A stretch of DNA of 64,000 nt from Glaucostegus cemiculus (taxonomy: Eukaryota), in contig CDPCPM010000016.1 in the NCBI GenBank assembly GCA_976551045.1, positions 15,810,001 to 15,874,000 of the forward strand, read 5' to 3'. The notes under the pieces were generated by a model. It did no database searches and was not told the origin of the DNA. It saw nothing but the letters and a program-made list of their open reading frames with translations. The translations under genes were made by a program, and so were the position numbers. Positions within the stretch are counted from its first letter, which is position 1. Every line of letters starts with the position of its first letter. This document shows, piece after piece, positions 38,993-52,605 of the stretch.

Positions 38993-39694
38993 GTATCCAG
39001 TCATTAATGAATACCATGAAACATTTTATTGTTAGTGGCTTGAAAAAAATCTTTAAAAGTGTATGGGATAATTTGTGTAGATCTGCATTTCTGTAGGTCA
39101 GGTCATTCATAACCTGGGAAATGTATTCCTTTTTAGACTCAAAGAACATTGTGAACATTTGTATCCAATTGCTACTGTTTTTTTTAGAAACTGTTTCAGC
39201 AGCCCCTGATTAAGGACAAAACAGATCAACACACCTTCCTATTTCTGATTCCTATCGGTGGTTTCTGCTTGAAGTGGATGTATTTGTAATTATGTTTAGG
39301 TCAGGATTGAGCTCCACAGTGCTACCCACATGCTTGAAATAGCATGCAAGCTCTCTCCGATCTGGGTGAAAGGTGGAGGTAGACTATATGGGTGATTTAT
39401 CATAGGATTAATGTCAACACTCAGGCAAGTCTTGATATATAGAGCGCTTAGGCACAAAGGGAGAGTTTGAAGAGAGAATGGAGCAAAGAAATAAGTTCCA
39501 ATCTCCTAGGTCTGTCAGAGTAGCTGCAATGCAACTTGAGCAACTGCCATCTGATTCTGATTAAGGATCTTGGTGGGGTCATTATAATTATAACACTATA
39601 ATAACAAATAGTAATGTTTACAGAACCCAATAACAGCATTGGCACAATTTGGGCATCCCACAAGTAATAAATTAATACCACAGATCATTAATAC

Positions 39695-41095
39695 TCATGA
39701 GTGACGTATTGGAAGACCGGAGGGTGGCTAATGTTGCACCTTTATTTAAGAAGGGTTGCAAGGGCAAGCCAGGGAACTTACAGGCCAGTGATCCCAACGT
39801 CAGTGGTGGGAAAGTTACTGGAGGGGATTTTTTTGAGATTGGATCTATCTGCATTTGAAAAGGCAAGGACTGATTAGGGATAACCTGCGTGGCTTTGTGC
39901 ATGGGAGATCATGTCTCATGAATTTAATTGTTTTGTTTTTGAAGAGGTAGCCAAGAGGATTGACAAGTGCAGAGCGGTAGATGTTATCTACATGAACTTC
40001 AGCAAGGCTTTTGAAAAGATCTCGCACGTGGACTGCTCGGGACCGTGAGATCACATGGATCCAGGGTGAGCTAGCCAGTTGGATACAAAATTGGCTTAGG
40101 GGAAGGAGTAAGAGGGTGGTATTGGAGGATTGTTTTTCAGATTGGAGGCCAGTGACCAGTGGTGTGCTGCAGGGATCAGTGCTGGGTTCCCTGCTGTTTG
40201 ACATATTTTGACTTAGATGAGAATGTAGGTGGCATGATTAGTAAGTTTGTGGATGACACCAAATTGGTGGTGTGGTGGACAGTGAAGAAGGTTGCAACAG
40301 GATATGGATCAACTGCGAAAGTGGACAAAGGAATGGCAGGTGGAATTTAACTTGCACAAGTTCAAAGTAATGCATTTTGGGAAGTTAAACCAGGGCGGAA
40401 CCCACGTAATAAGTGAATGGGTCCTGGGGTGTGCTGTAGAACAGAGAGACCTAGGGGTCTAAGGAAATAGGTAAATAATTCCCTGAAAATGGTAACACAA
40501 GCAGACAAAGTGGTGAAGAAGGCATTTGGCATGCTTGATCTCATCAGACAGGGCACTGAGTATGAGTTAGGATGTCATGTTACAGCTGTACAGGAAGCTG
40601 GTGAGGCCATTTTCTGCAGTTCTGATCACCGTACTACACTGAGGGTTCAGACAAAATTCACAAGGATGTTGGAGGACTGAAGCATGAATTCTAAGGAGAG
40701 ACTGAAAGGTCAGGACTCTTTTCCCTGGAGTGAAAGAGGTTGAGAGGTGACCTTACAGATGTTTATAAAAATCATGTAGGGCACAGATAAGATGGATGGT
40801 CACAGTCATTTTCCAAGCTTAGGGGAGTCTAAAACTAGATTAAAGGGGACCTGAGAGGCAACATTTTCCACACAGAGGGTGGTTATATGGAATGAGCTGC
40901 CAGAGAAAGTGGTAGAAGTGGGTACAATTAGAACATTTAAAAGACATTTAGACAGATTCATGGATAGGAAAGGTCTTGAGCAACATGGGACAAATGCAGA
41001 TAAATGGGAGTAGCTCAGGAAAGCACTTTGGTCAGCATGGATGTGTTGCATTTGGGTTGAGGAGCCTTTTATTGTGCAGTATATGACTCTATGAT
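39695..41095 (+). mobile_element. CR1 LINE, degraded
   Basis: [35 protein letters not shown] and SKFVDDTK; tail TATGACTCTATG. Confidence 0.93.
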
Positions 41096-42405
41096 ATGTG
41101 GTATTAATTGATTATTTGTAGGATACTTTTCGAGCAGTTTTGGCAGAATGGTAACAAAGTTTCTTGGGTTTTTCAAGTCAATATCCGGGCTCATTGATCC
41201 ATGTCTAGCTGATGTGTACAGCTGGTTCATTGATGCATCCAGGATGTTGAATGATAGGGCTGCCTAGGCCAAGGATAACTGCAGCAAGCTCAGTTTTTCC
41301 TGTTGAGCCCACTCTATCCAATATCCTGGCTGTATTTGGGATGAACAGAACTTCACTTTTTTATACTTGTTCTTGCCTGAATCTACCAATGTGTCTAGCC
41401 AATGTATAGACGGAATGTTCCTGTGCTTCCAAAGAAAATTTAAAAAATCATTTGCTGATAGATTGGAGTTCACCTTAAATGAGCACTGCATGTAGCACTA
41501 GGTCCTCTGCAAAGAATTTGGGGAAAGCTCAGTTTGAAAAAAATATTAGGGTGGCTTTCACCCTAAGTTACGCAGCAAAATTTTACCTGCCTGATTCCTG
41601 ATGGCAACAGGCTGCAGAGATTGCAGCTGTTGTCTTTTTATTGTATTGAACCCTGGAAAGCAACACAGATCTTATAAAAGGGTAAGGAAAAATATGGGGG
41701 TAGGAGAATGGAGGAATGCAGCATTCTCCCGAGTAACTAGGCAACCCCATCCACTAGATCATGTGCCCATTAAGTGTTAAGAAAATCATCACTCATTCTT
41801 TTATACTCTTGAGTACAGACCCAACTTGTTCAACTTGTCTTATACTGAGGTGAATAACAGAAATGTTAGGGTTATTTTCAGCGATGTTTGTGGAAAAAAA
41901 ATGCAGTACAGAAGATGAATCAGGCAGAGGCTGTGTGCAGATCATCAATGTCACAGTGAGGACTTTTAATCTGTGTCCCTCTGCTGACTTGCTGCAGGAT
42001 TTGTCCTTATTTTACAGTGATTTTTAAGTGCAGGTCGTATGTTGCACCTATAACAACTGTTTCCCATCACTAACAGCAGAAATGGCTGCAATGCACCAAA
42101 TGACATCACTAGATGCATATCAGAAGTCGGGAAAACATCAGAAGAGCAAAGGTAAATTGCCCCATTAGTGTCTGGCCTAATCAATCTGGAATTGCTAATA
42201 CTTGCAATGTCCTTGTCCTGATGGATGTCATCCTAGTGTCACAAAATAAATAGCTGTTGAGATAGTTGATCCCTTGCTTTTAATTTTCTAATACTCCCTG
42301 TATTTGGGGAAGGTTCCATTAGATTAGAAAATAGCAAATGTAATTTGTTTATTCAGAAATGGAGGGAGACAAAGTAGGAAACTATAGGCCAGTTAGTTTA
42401 ATATT

Positions 42406-43412
42406 TAAGAACATAAAAAGCAGAAGGCCATTTGTCCTTTTGAGCTTGCACAACTAATTAATATGATCATTGGCTGTTATGATCTTGACCTGAGTACCAC
42501 TTTTTCTCTCTGTCTCTGTCTCAATATTACTTGACTCCTTGTGTTTTAAATGTCTGTCACTCTCTACTTGGATACATTCAATGATTCTGCTTTCACAGCT
42601 CTCTGGGGTAAACAATTCCTAATATTCACTAGCCCTTGAGAGAAGAAATTCCTCCTCATCTTTGTCTTATTCTCATTCTGAAACTAGGTCTCCAAGTTCT
42701 AGATATTTCCCCTTAGGGGTAACATCTTCTCATCGAGGATAGTTAGGGCTGCGGAGAGGATCATAGGTGTCTCTCTTCCATCCCTTGCAGACATATACAA
42801 GGACCGTTGTGTGAGGAAGACCAAAAACATTATGGCCGACCCTTCTTACCCCTCCCATCACCTCTTTACATTTTTGCCATCTGGGAGGAGGCTCAAATGT
42901 ATCAGGGCAAGAACAACCAGGCTGAGCAATAGCTTCTTTCCGCAAGCCATCAGAACTGCGAACTCTCTCATCCCTCCATCTTCCTTGTTAACACTAAGAG
43001 ATGCTAGGTGCACAGAAATGTACCAGCACTTTAAATGCCCGCCACCAGCCCATTCACTTTAATAACTATCTATTTATTTACTGGCTGTTTCTAATTTAAC
43101 CTGCGTATTTAATTTAATTTAATTTAAACTTCCGTAGTTTTTAATGTTTTTTTGTTCAGTGTGTCTGTGTGTCTCTGTTGTTTTATTTAATGGGACGAGC
43201 ACCTGAGGAGGACGGTATCTCGCTCCTATGCATACTATGTATGTATATGGTTGTGACAATAAAACTGATTCTGATTCTGAATCCCCCCCTATGAATCTTA
43301 AGTGCTTCAAGAAAATTACCTCTCATTCTTCTGTACTCTAATGTTGTTTAACTTGTCTTCATACCTCCTTCATTCCAGGAATCAACCTGCTGAACCTTTT
43401 CTGTATTGGCTC
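42406..43412 (-). mobile_element. CR1 LINE 3' end (middle element)
   Basis: Starts TAAGAACATAAAAAGCAGAAGGCCAT (reverse complement of the tail); the ORF2 C-terminus continues after 43280. Confidence 0.8.
42731..43280 (+). mobile_element. Rex1/Babar LINE family B 3' end (inner element)
   Basis: RIVRAAERIIGVSLPSLADIYKDRCVRKTKNIMADPSYPSHHLFTFLPSGRRLKCIRARTTRLSNSFFPQAIR is open; AATAAAA(CTGATT)n tail. Confidence 0.95.
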
Positions 43413-45839
43413 TGTCCAAGGGAAAATATTAGAAGGTATTATTAAAGTTAAAGAAGGACAGTTGGAAAATTCAAGGTGATTTGGCCAAGGCAGCATGGTT
43501 TTGGACAATTTATAGGACATGAAGTAACATTTGCCTCAGATAAAGGGGAAATGGTGGATGTACTGTATTTAAATTTACAGAAGCCTGTTTATAAGGTGCC
43601 ATGTCAAAGATATTTGCAGAAAATAAAATCCCTCTGTAGGAGACAACATATTGATGTGGATAAAAGATTGGCTGGCTAACAGAAAACAGAGAGTAGGTGT
43701 AAGTGGGTCTTTTTCTGGTTGGCAAGCTGTAATGAGCGGTGTGCCATAGGGATCAGTGCTGGAATCTGAATTTTTTACAATGTATATAAATGACTTGGAT
43801 GAATGCACTGAAGGCATGGTTTCTAAAAGGCTGGTGTGCAGGAACAGCAAGTTATTATAAAAGTGAACAGAACGTTATGTTTTATTGTTTGGGGAATTGA
43901 TAATAAAAGTAGGGAGGTTATACTTCAGTTACCTAGGGCAATGATGGAACCACATCTGGAGGACTGTGTACAGTATTGATTTCCTTAATTAAGAAAGAAT
44001 GTGGATGTGTTGAAAGCAGTTCAGAAACGGTTTCCTAGACTAGTACCTGGAATGGGTGAGTTGTCGTACAAGGAAAGGTTGGATAGGCTAGACTTTATCT
44101 TGTGGAGTTTAGAAGAGTAATAGGTGACTTGATTAAAGCAAATACTATTCTGTGGGGACTTGACAAGATGGACATGGAGAGGATGTTTCCTCAAGTAGAA
44201 CCTAAAACCAGCAATAACTGTATAAAATAAGGGGTTGCCTATTTAAGACAGATGAAACTTTTTTTTTCTGTCAGAGGGTTATGAATCTTTGCATCTCTCT
44301 TCCTCAAAAATAGTCATAGATTTTGCTTCCACCACTCTAGGTAAGCAAGGGGGTGAAAAGTTACCACAGAGATGTGAGGTTAAGAGTCGAGGTTGTAATC
44401 AGGACAGCCGTGATCTTAGTGGAACAGACTTGAGGGGCTGAGTGGTCAATTCCTGTTCCTAATTCATGTTTTCATATGTGCAAAGCACATGTTTAAAAAA
44501 AGTGCACAAATATGTCCAAATTTCTAGGCAAATCTGTTGAAAGAGAAATTCTGATATAATTTGATTTGTAATTTTTTGCAAGGTTCATTTGTGAAGGTGG
44601 GAGAAGAATCCATTTGCCAAACCTGTCATTTCCTGATCCCTTATTTTTTCAGCCCATTTATCTCTTCATTGATCTAATATTTCACATTCCAATCAAACTG
44701 AAATATTTCTTTAGACTTTTTTCTTGTCATCTATGGTGCATCCACTACTCATTAACTCCTCAAAGATTTTAGTTGTTCTCAACTGATTCTAGTCCTTAGA
44801 ACCATGATTCTTTCCGGATTGCATTGGGTAAAAGAGGTCTGTGATATATTAATAAAAATGCCCATAGTTATATCCAGACTTTGAACTAACAAACAAATGA
44901 TGATGATATTGAAAAACACCATTATTGAAGATTCAAAGTATGTGTATTTCTGCCATCTTTGATAATCCATCATAACCACCAGTTCTACAGACAAGAATTT
45001 CTAGTTATAAATTTGTAGTGACAGGGACATTTATCTTCAATAAAATTGACAGAGAAACTAACTTTGCTAGAGTGCTTGAAATGATGAGGGTAGGTAATTG
45101 TGGAGGTATAGGGATGATTCAATTAATTCTTTCTAGTGGGAATGGAATCTTATTTACCACAAATCCATAAAAAATAATCTATCCTTTCATGAATTAAAAC
45201 CACGTCAGGACTACAGTACTGTTTGGTTGGAGGGGGTGGGGGGTGTCTGTGTATATCATTGAGATCAGTGTGGATTTGGCTGTGAAGTGTTCCTGGTTGG
45301 ATGAAATCGCTTTCTGAAACTCAATGACAAAATTCAAAGACTGACTCCTCAATTGAGTGAAGAGCAGTGCCAAACCTTTCAAAAAGTTTCAAAGCACAAT
45401 TCAGCAGCTTCATGATAAAAAGAGAGAAAATCAATGGTGAAGTTGAAATCTGTGTCTACTGTGTCATATCAGGACCTTCTGAGGTTAATTGCTCAGTCAA
45501 AATTATTTCACTGTCGAAGTATAATCAATACCGGAGGTTTGACAAGGTGGACCAGCAAAAGACCAAAAGACACATTTTAGGCACTTTTACCGTATAGGAG
45601 TGCAGCTGGCTGCACACATGCGTGTCTCCACTGTAAATCATTCAAAGGAGAGTGAACTAATCACCAATAAACTCATGAAAATGTGTCCTGAAAATATATT
45701 GTGCAATGGAGCCTAAGAAACAGTTCCTTGGGATTGAAGATGGTTTGATTTCTTTCCAGAGAATTTTGAGGTTACAGATGAGAACAATATGGGAAATGCA
45801 GATTCTTCCACAGACAAGCAGCAGATGCCCGAACAAGGT

Positions 45840-46800
45840 GAATTGATGAGTAGTTTGTGAGGTGATGCACTCCTTCCACCAGTTAAATTGGGCCTCTGGG
45901 TGGAATCAAGGTTTTCAATGCCACCACTTCTCCACGTGGAATGGTTATGGGTCAGGGATTTGCGGGAGGGAGTGCAAATGTTGATCTTTTTCAAGAAGTC
46001 TTTGAGTACATTCTTGAATCTACTCCTTTATCCACCCAGCAGCCTCTTCCCAAGGCAGAGCTCAGAATATTGTGTTCCAGGAGTCAAGTGTTGGGTAGGT
46101 AAATGCAAGTGGAGCTGACTGAGTGTAATTAGGGCCTAAATGCTGGGGGCATTGGTCTGAGAGAGCACACTGACATTGGTTCACTTTTTCTCCCAGCACT
46201 GGTAGTGTTTTTCCATTGCTGTGAGATGCCTGCTGTAGCTAATCCACATCTCGGGAGCATTTAGGAAGCCGGGGATCACTATTGCCTGGTAGGCCATGAG
46301 TCTTGAGCTGGGTCTTTTTCTCACTTGGCAAAAGGCTATGCTGGCAGACTGGTGAAGTTCATCATTGACGTCTGCTTTTGTTAAGAAAAGGTGTGGGAAC
46401 TGGTTCAGGTTTTCTGGGGTCTTGCGATGAACATTTGTTTTCAGAGATTGGTGTTGTACCATGGGCGTGGGTTGGTAGAAGTTTTGCAGACCTTTCCTCT
46501 CTACTCGTATGCTTTAGTGAATGAGTCGATGATGAATTGGAGCCTGGCCTTGAATGTGCCCAAAAGCAAGCATTATCTGTGGACTGCAGGTTTCCTACTG
46601 TGGTTGGTTTGATCTTGATTCTGGTGCAGGAATTGACTGTATTGAAAGTTAGAAGATGATGACTTGGAGCCTGGCCTTGAATGTGCCCAAAAGCAAGCAT
46701 TATCTGTGGACTGTAGGTTCCCTATTGTGGTTGGTTTGATCTTGATTCTGGTGCAGGAATTGACTGTATTGATAATTAGAATCTCATCTTCAACCCATCC
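45840..46800 (-). mobile_element. RTE-clade LINE, degraded
   Basis: KADVNDELHQSASIAF..LMAYQAIVIPGFLNAPEMWISYSRHLTAMEKHYQ resembles the RTE post-RT region; related to 19005-20000. Confidence 0.75.
46528..46781. repeat. 127-bp tandem duplication (2 copies)
   Basis: 46528-46654 and 46655-46781 differ at only about six positions. Confidence 0.95.
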
Positions 46801-47479
46801 ATGTCTGAGTTTAATATAACTAGGCTGGAAGGAGGACAGCTATGCTGGAAGGAGGTGGATTTTTTAATGAGGCTGACTGCCTCATCTTTACTTTAATTTA
46901 TTCCATTACTGGCTGGGTGTCTAGACCCTGGGAGATTTGATGGTTGAAGGGAAATGTGGACTGCTGGACCTAGTCACTACCTTTTTGCTTAGTTACTGGA
47001 TTGAGTGCACTTGCTTCACCAACCCCTCTTGGATGGACGTGCTTCGACACCATGCCTTTGATCTTCAATTATCATGCCTGATCTTTTTGACCTCACCTGA
47101 CTAACCATAATCTAACCCATTTTATCTCCTCCATTATTCCTACAATCTTCCCTCCGCTCTGAACTACAAACTGCTTTCAGACCTTCAATTTATGGTTTTC
47201 GCACCATAACAATAACTGGCATTTATAATTTACCTTTAACATAGCAAACAATCCAAGCAGCTTTCCAAAATTTGACACTGAAATGCACAAGGAGACATAA
47301 GGATAAATTGTCACTGGCATGCATAATGAAGTAGACTTAAAATTGACTTGGAAAGGAGGGAAAAAGTGAAGAGGTTTACGACACAGATTTAAAGCAACTG
47401 GTAGGCAGATTGGACGGGATTGGAAGAAAGCTTCAGATATGTGATAGGAGTTTTGGGATAAGTAGTGTCGGGATCTTGA

Positions 47480-47680
47480 ACTTTTTGTCAGAAAGGGAGA
47501 TAAGTGCTGCAACTCTCATCACGTTTAAACAGAATTTGGATGAGTATTTGAAGAGTTGTGACCTGTAGGGTTTTAGACCAGGACAGGGGAAGCGGGATTA
47601 GACTGAGCAACTCTTTTTTTTTATAATCAGCATGAACATGTTGAGCTGAATGGCCTTCTGAACTGTAAATGTATAATTCT
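47480..47680 (+). mobile_element. CR1 LINE 3' end
   Basis: TTTAAACAGAATTTGGATGAGTATTTG..TGAGCTGAATGGCCTTCTGAACTGTAA. Confidence 0.7.
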
Positions 47681-47859
47681 AAAGTCTGCACCATTGTACT
47701 TTTGACAAGTTGTACAGTACAGCACAGCTTAGGAGAAGATTGGAATCATTTTATAAGATTTGAAATACTACTGATGTCATTGTTTGTCTTTCCTTGTAAT
47801 TGTTGTGGTCAGCTGTTTCCTTTAACTGCTGCAGTCTCTTCGATGAAGCTACTTCCCAG

Positions 47860-49270
47860 GATATTTATCGAACAACAGTGAAGGAGTATTTCCAAGTCAA
47901 GGTCACATGTGTTTTGGAGGTAGTGTCACTCCCATGCTCCTGCTTTTGAAAATAATAAATATTGTAGGTTTGAGAGGTGCTGTTGAATAAATCTTGGCAA
48001 GTCACTGCAGTACATTTAGTAGAAAGTACACACTGCAGCCATCACTGCAGCAGTGACAGAGGGAATAACTATTTATGGCATTGGTTGGGATACCAATCAG
48101 GTAGGTACTTTGCTTTGGATCTTGTTGAGTATGAGTGTTGTTGAAACTGCTTTCATTCTGGCAAACATACTCCATCATCCTCCTGACTTGTGTCTTGCAG
48201 ATGGTGGAAAAGCTTTGGAGGGTCTGGAGGTAAGTTGCTCACCACACAATACTAGCCTCTGACCCGCTCTTGTATTGTTGATTCGGCTGATTTGATTAAG
48301 TATTTGGTCAATGGTGATGACTCCCTTTCCCAGCTTATTGCTGATTGGAGATTCAAGGGCAAGGGTAGGTGGATGAGGACTGTCACCTGTTAGAAATAGT
48401 AATTCTGTGGTAGTTGTGCTGTAAGTCATATCCTGTCACAAATCAGTCCATGCCCGAAAGCTCACACAGGCTTTTTGCAGGCATGCTTCACTATCTGAGA
48501 AGGTGTGAATGGAACCGAATATTCTGCAAATTATAAGCAACATAGGTGCTTCGGACATTCTGGTGAAAACAATATGATTGATGAAGTGGCAGTTGATGGT
48601 GACACCTATGACACCTGCCCTAAGAAACGCCAATAACTCCTGTGGTTGAGATGGCTGATCTGTAACATACGCCATCATCTTTCTTTACGTGAGGCCTGAC
48701 TCTAGCCAGCGGGAGACTTCTCCCCTGTTTCCCATTACTTTTAGTTTTACCACGGCCTTATTGATGCCTTGTGATGTCACTCTTGCATCATCTTTGGAAT
48801 TCAGCTGTGTTTATTCTTGGACCAAGGCTGTAATGAAATCTGGAGCCAAGTGGTCTTGGTGGAGTGCTATAACAGCATGTCATTGTGGATGTGATTGGTG
48901 AGGAAGCTTTACCTGATAACGTTGTAAAATATGGCTTCAGTCATGTTACTGATGATTGACAGAAGGCTAGTGGGGTAGTAATTGGCCAGTTTTCAATTGT
49001 GTTGCTTTATATGGACAGGAATAACCTTGGCTGTGTTATACCTATTGAGTAGATTCCTATCAAGTGTTTTGAATTATCTGGCTAGTTCTGGAAAGCAAAT
49101 CTTCAGGGCTCTGAGACCCACACTCTTTCCTATATGGTATGTTCAGGCTTTCCTTAATATGTGACATGAAATGAATTGGCTGAAGAATGGCTTCTGTGAT
49201 ATTGGGGAGGCAGAAGTAGATAATTGACCTGACGCTCCTAGGCAAAGATGGTTGCACATGATCCTTATCT
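47860..49270 (-). mobile_element. Old CR1-clade LINE (distinct family), degraded
   Basis: Appears to be an inverse homolog of 50600-52055; GV..G.V.G remnant at ~48605-48635. Confidence 0.65.
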
Positions 49271-50599
49271 AATGCACTCGTTGATGATCGGCATGTCAAC
49301 AGTGTGCCAATTAAGACATTGACATCTCAGTTTTAACTATGGAGGCACAAGAGACTTTTAATTTTTACGTACGTAATACGAATGATATCTTGAATTCGCT
49401 TATTTTAAAATATTCATGTTGTAACTCTGGAATGCTGTGTAATGGGATAAAGAGTGTATTCTACCACCAACTGTAACCCATGCAGAGTATTGTTACTCTT
49501 GAATATGGTGAAAAGTCTGTCATGCCTATTCAAGCACATTTAGCAGACACTGAGAGTGACACTAAAAACAATCAAACCAGTCACAATTTAAAAGGAATCT
49601 GTCTCCTGTCACTCCCTGGACTTCAATCATTGAAAGCTATTTTTTGATTGCATTTTAATTGATTCAAGAGTGTGGGAGGACAGACTGGAATGTGACAGAT
49701 GCTGGTCCCCAAGGGAGACTGAAGTATTCTTTGAGGCAGCAGGCTCTGCACATCTGATGTTAAGTGTTCTTTCCTGTCATGTTACAAGAGCTTTCTAGTT
49801 AATATGATGGTGTAAAGTATTGCCTGAGTGATGAAAAACATCTGTCAATCTTTAGTATTGCAGACCCAGCATTTTAAAGTTTGTTGCTAGCTGGCATGGA
49901 AACTTTATATTTAATATAGTTTCCAGGAAAGACTGAAGTGATTAAGTTTCACTTTTATACAAATTAATTAGTCTGTTTGTCATGCCCTTGTTTATCCTTC
50001 ATTTAATTTGTTATATTCTAATTTGGTGTATCTGGATCACAGAACACAAGAGCTACACTCCCAATGGAGTTCTGGGCAAGAGATTAGATAGAACCTCTAC
50101 TCTGAAGCAGGAATCGCTTCAGTACTGTTCTGTGTGGTGGTGGATTATTGAAATTCCCCTAGTGAATGATCTGAAGGCTTTAACATAAAGGAAACAAAAA
50201 GCTTCTAACATCCATGCAGCTAATAAATTATAAAACCCACTTCCTCCACCTTTGGGGTAACTGATATAAATGTATGCTCACTAATCTTGCCTTTAAATTA
50301 ACAAGCTTTTTGGTGACGTCTTCCAAAGGTCTCCAGACTTTTTGGTTATATGCACACATTCAACAAATATCAGCAAAGTACTTTTCAATGCAATGTTTTC
50401 TTATGTAAGAATGTATAGAAAGTGTTAAACTTTTAATCTATAATGCTTAGTATCAATGGATGGTTACTTGTTGGTGTTGAGTAAAAGTGATTTTGGCCAT
50501 AACATTTACTGGACCTTTATTAAGAGATGACTGATCCTACCTGCTCTGTGTGCATTTAATTCTTTGATTGCATGATCACTTTAGTTTCTACTGAAGTCT

Positions 50600-52055
50600 C
50601 CTCACCATCACAGAAGCCTCTCTGCAGCCAATTTGATTTGCATCATACAATATCAAGAAATGCAGGGGGTTACAGCAAAGCTGTGGGATTAGATTGTATC
50701 CAAATTGTAGTACTGAAGATGCTCCAGATCTAGCTGTGCCTCTAGCTAAGATGTTCCAACATACTGAAATTTACTTCACACTGTGCAAAAATTTCCCAGG
50801 TATATCCCGTTCACCAAAAGCATGAATAATTACCACCCAATCAGTTTACTCTCAATCAGCAGCAACTGATACCTACATAAGGCATTGGTATTCAAGTTAT
50901 GTTTGAGTTTCACCAAGACCATTTGGCTCCAGACCTCATCACAGCCTTGGGTTCAAACATCAGTCAAAGAGCTGAATTCCAAAGGGCAGGTTGAGAGTGT
51001 CTGTTGCTGACATCAAGGCAGCATTTGACTTAACATGGTATCTAGGAGCCTGAGTAAAGGGAAGCCAGTGAACATTAAGAGGGAATCTCTCCTATGGTTA
51101 TAATTATATCTTACACAAAAGAAGAATGTTATGATTGTTGGAAGTTAATTACCCAATGACTTAATGTTAGGTGTTCCTCAGGGCAGTGTCCTAGGCCCAA
51201 CTATCTTCTTGTGCTTTGTCAATATTGTTCTTTCCATGTTATGCTAAAAGAGGGGATGCTTGTTGATGATTGTATTAGGTTAAGTTCCATGCACAATGTT
51301 GAATTCCATTCACAATTCCTCAGAAAATGAAGGAATTGATACACATTGGGACCCAAGCAAATTCAGGCATGGGTTTAGAAGTATCAAGTAATATTCATAT
51401 CACAGTGCAAAGTAATAAGTAATAACCATATCCAACAAGAGGGAATCTAACACTTACCCTTGACATTCAGTGGCATTGTCATTGCTTAATCCCCTACCAT
51501 TGACCAGAAATTCAATCATTGTTGCTACAAAAGCAGGTTGGAGGCTTGATAAACTATAGTGAGTGATTTACCTTTTTACACCCTCAAGGCCTTCCCATTA
51601 TTTGCAAGGCATGAGTCTGGAGTGTGATATACATCAAATGCAGTGCATTCTAAGTGAGCTCCAACAACTGTCAACCAGCTCAATAACAACCAGGACAAAA
51701 TAGCCCACTTGCTTGGCACCCAACCACTACCAGAAACATTAATTCCCTACACCCTGGTGCAGATTGGCAACCATGTATACCATCAATAAATGTTTGGTAT
51801 TAAGTTGCCAAGGTTACTTCATCAACACCTCCCAAACCTCAACCTCTGCCACCAAGAGGAACAAAGGCAGTGGTGTGAGTTGCCATCCAAATCGCACATC
51901 ATTCTGGGTCCTTCATCACTGGGTCCAAATTCTGACTTCTCTATCCACCAGCACTATTAGAGTACCTTCACCAGGATTGCTCACTACCACCTTTTTGAGG
52001 GCAATAAATGCTGGCCTTGCCAGCAGCTTCCGCGTCCCAAAAATTGAATGAAAAT
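50600..52055 (+). mobile_element. Old CR1-clade LINE (distinct family), degraded
   Basis: NYHPISLLSI, DIKAAFD and [13 protein letters not shown] remnants; 3' end GGGCAATAAATGCTGGCCTTGCCAGC..AATGAAA. Confidence 0.85.
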
Positions 52056-52109
52056 AATTAGTAGGAGTAATCTATAATAGAATGTCTAATGTTATTTTAT
52101 GGCTTATAA

Positions 52110-52605
52110 CTTTGAACTCCTCAGTATTGACTGTTCCCCAACTTGTCGTCATCCATAAATTTAGAAATTGCATTATTGATTCCAGATTCTAAATTATAAA
52201 AGCAGTAGTCTCAGTGCTGATCCCTGTAGAATAACATGAACCACCTTGTTCCGCTGTTAATAGCTACTCTTTAAGCCCACTCTCTGCTTCTATCTTGAAG
52301 TCAGGTAGCAATCTGTTCTGCTATATGTTCCCTGACTTTGCATTTTTGACTTCATTCATTAACCTGTTTTAGGGTAGCTTATTGAAGGCTTTTTGAAAAT
52401 TCAGATAATGCAGCAGATGTAATTTATCAGTATCTGCACTCTGAGGTGCCTTTTAAAAAGGAACAGTGTTGCCTGACCAACCTTATAATCATTTTGAAAT
52501 CCATGCTGACTATTCATTATTATCTTACCCTTAATAAAAATCCTTTGCTTTGTAATGGGAATTTAATTATTTTTCCTGTCACTGTTATTAAGCTGACTGG
52601 TCACA
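52110..52605 (-). mobile_element. Old CR1 RT fragment
   Basis: Minus strand PVSLI, QHGF, NFQKAFNK and QGSALR remnants. Confidence 0.7.

Larger units (their letters stand above)
42290..44475 (+). mobile_element. Old CR1 LINE (outer element), split at ~42405/43412
   Basis: GNYRPVSL at 42377-42400 continues as GKILEGIIK at 43420; SGVP*GSVL at 43735; CR1-like 3' end at ~44430-44475. Confidence 0.85.
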
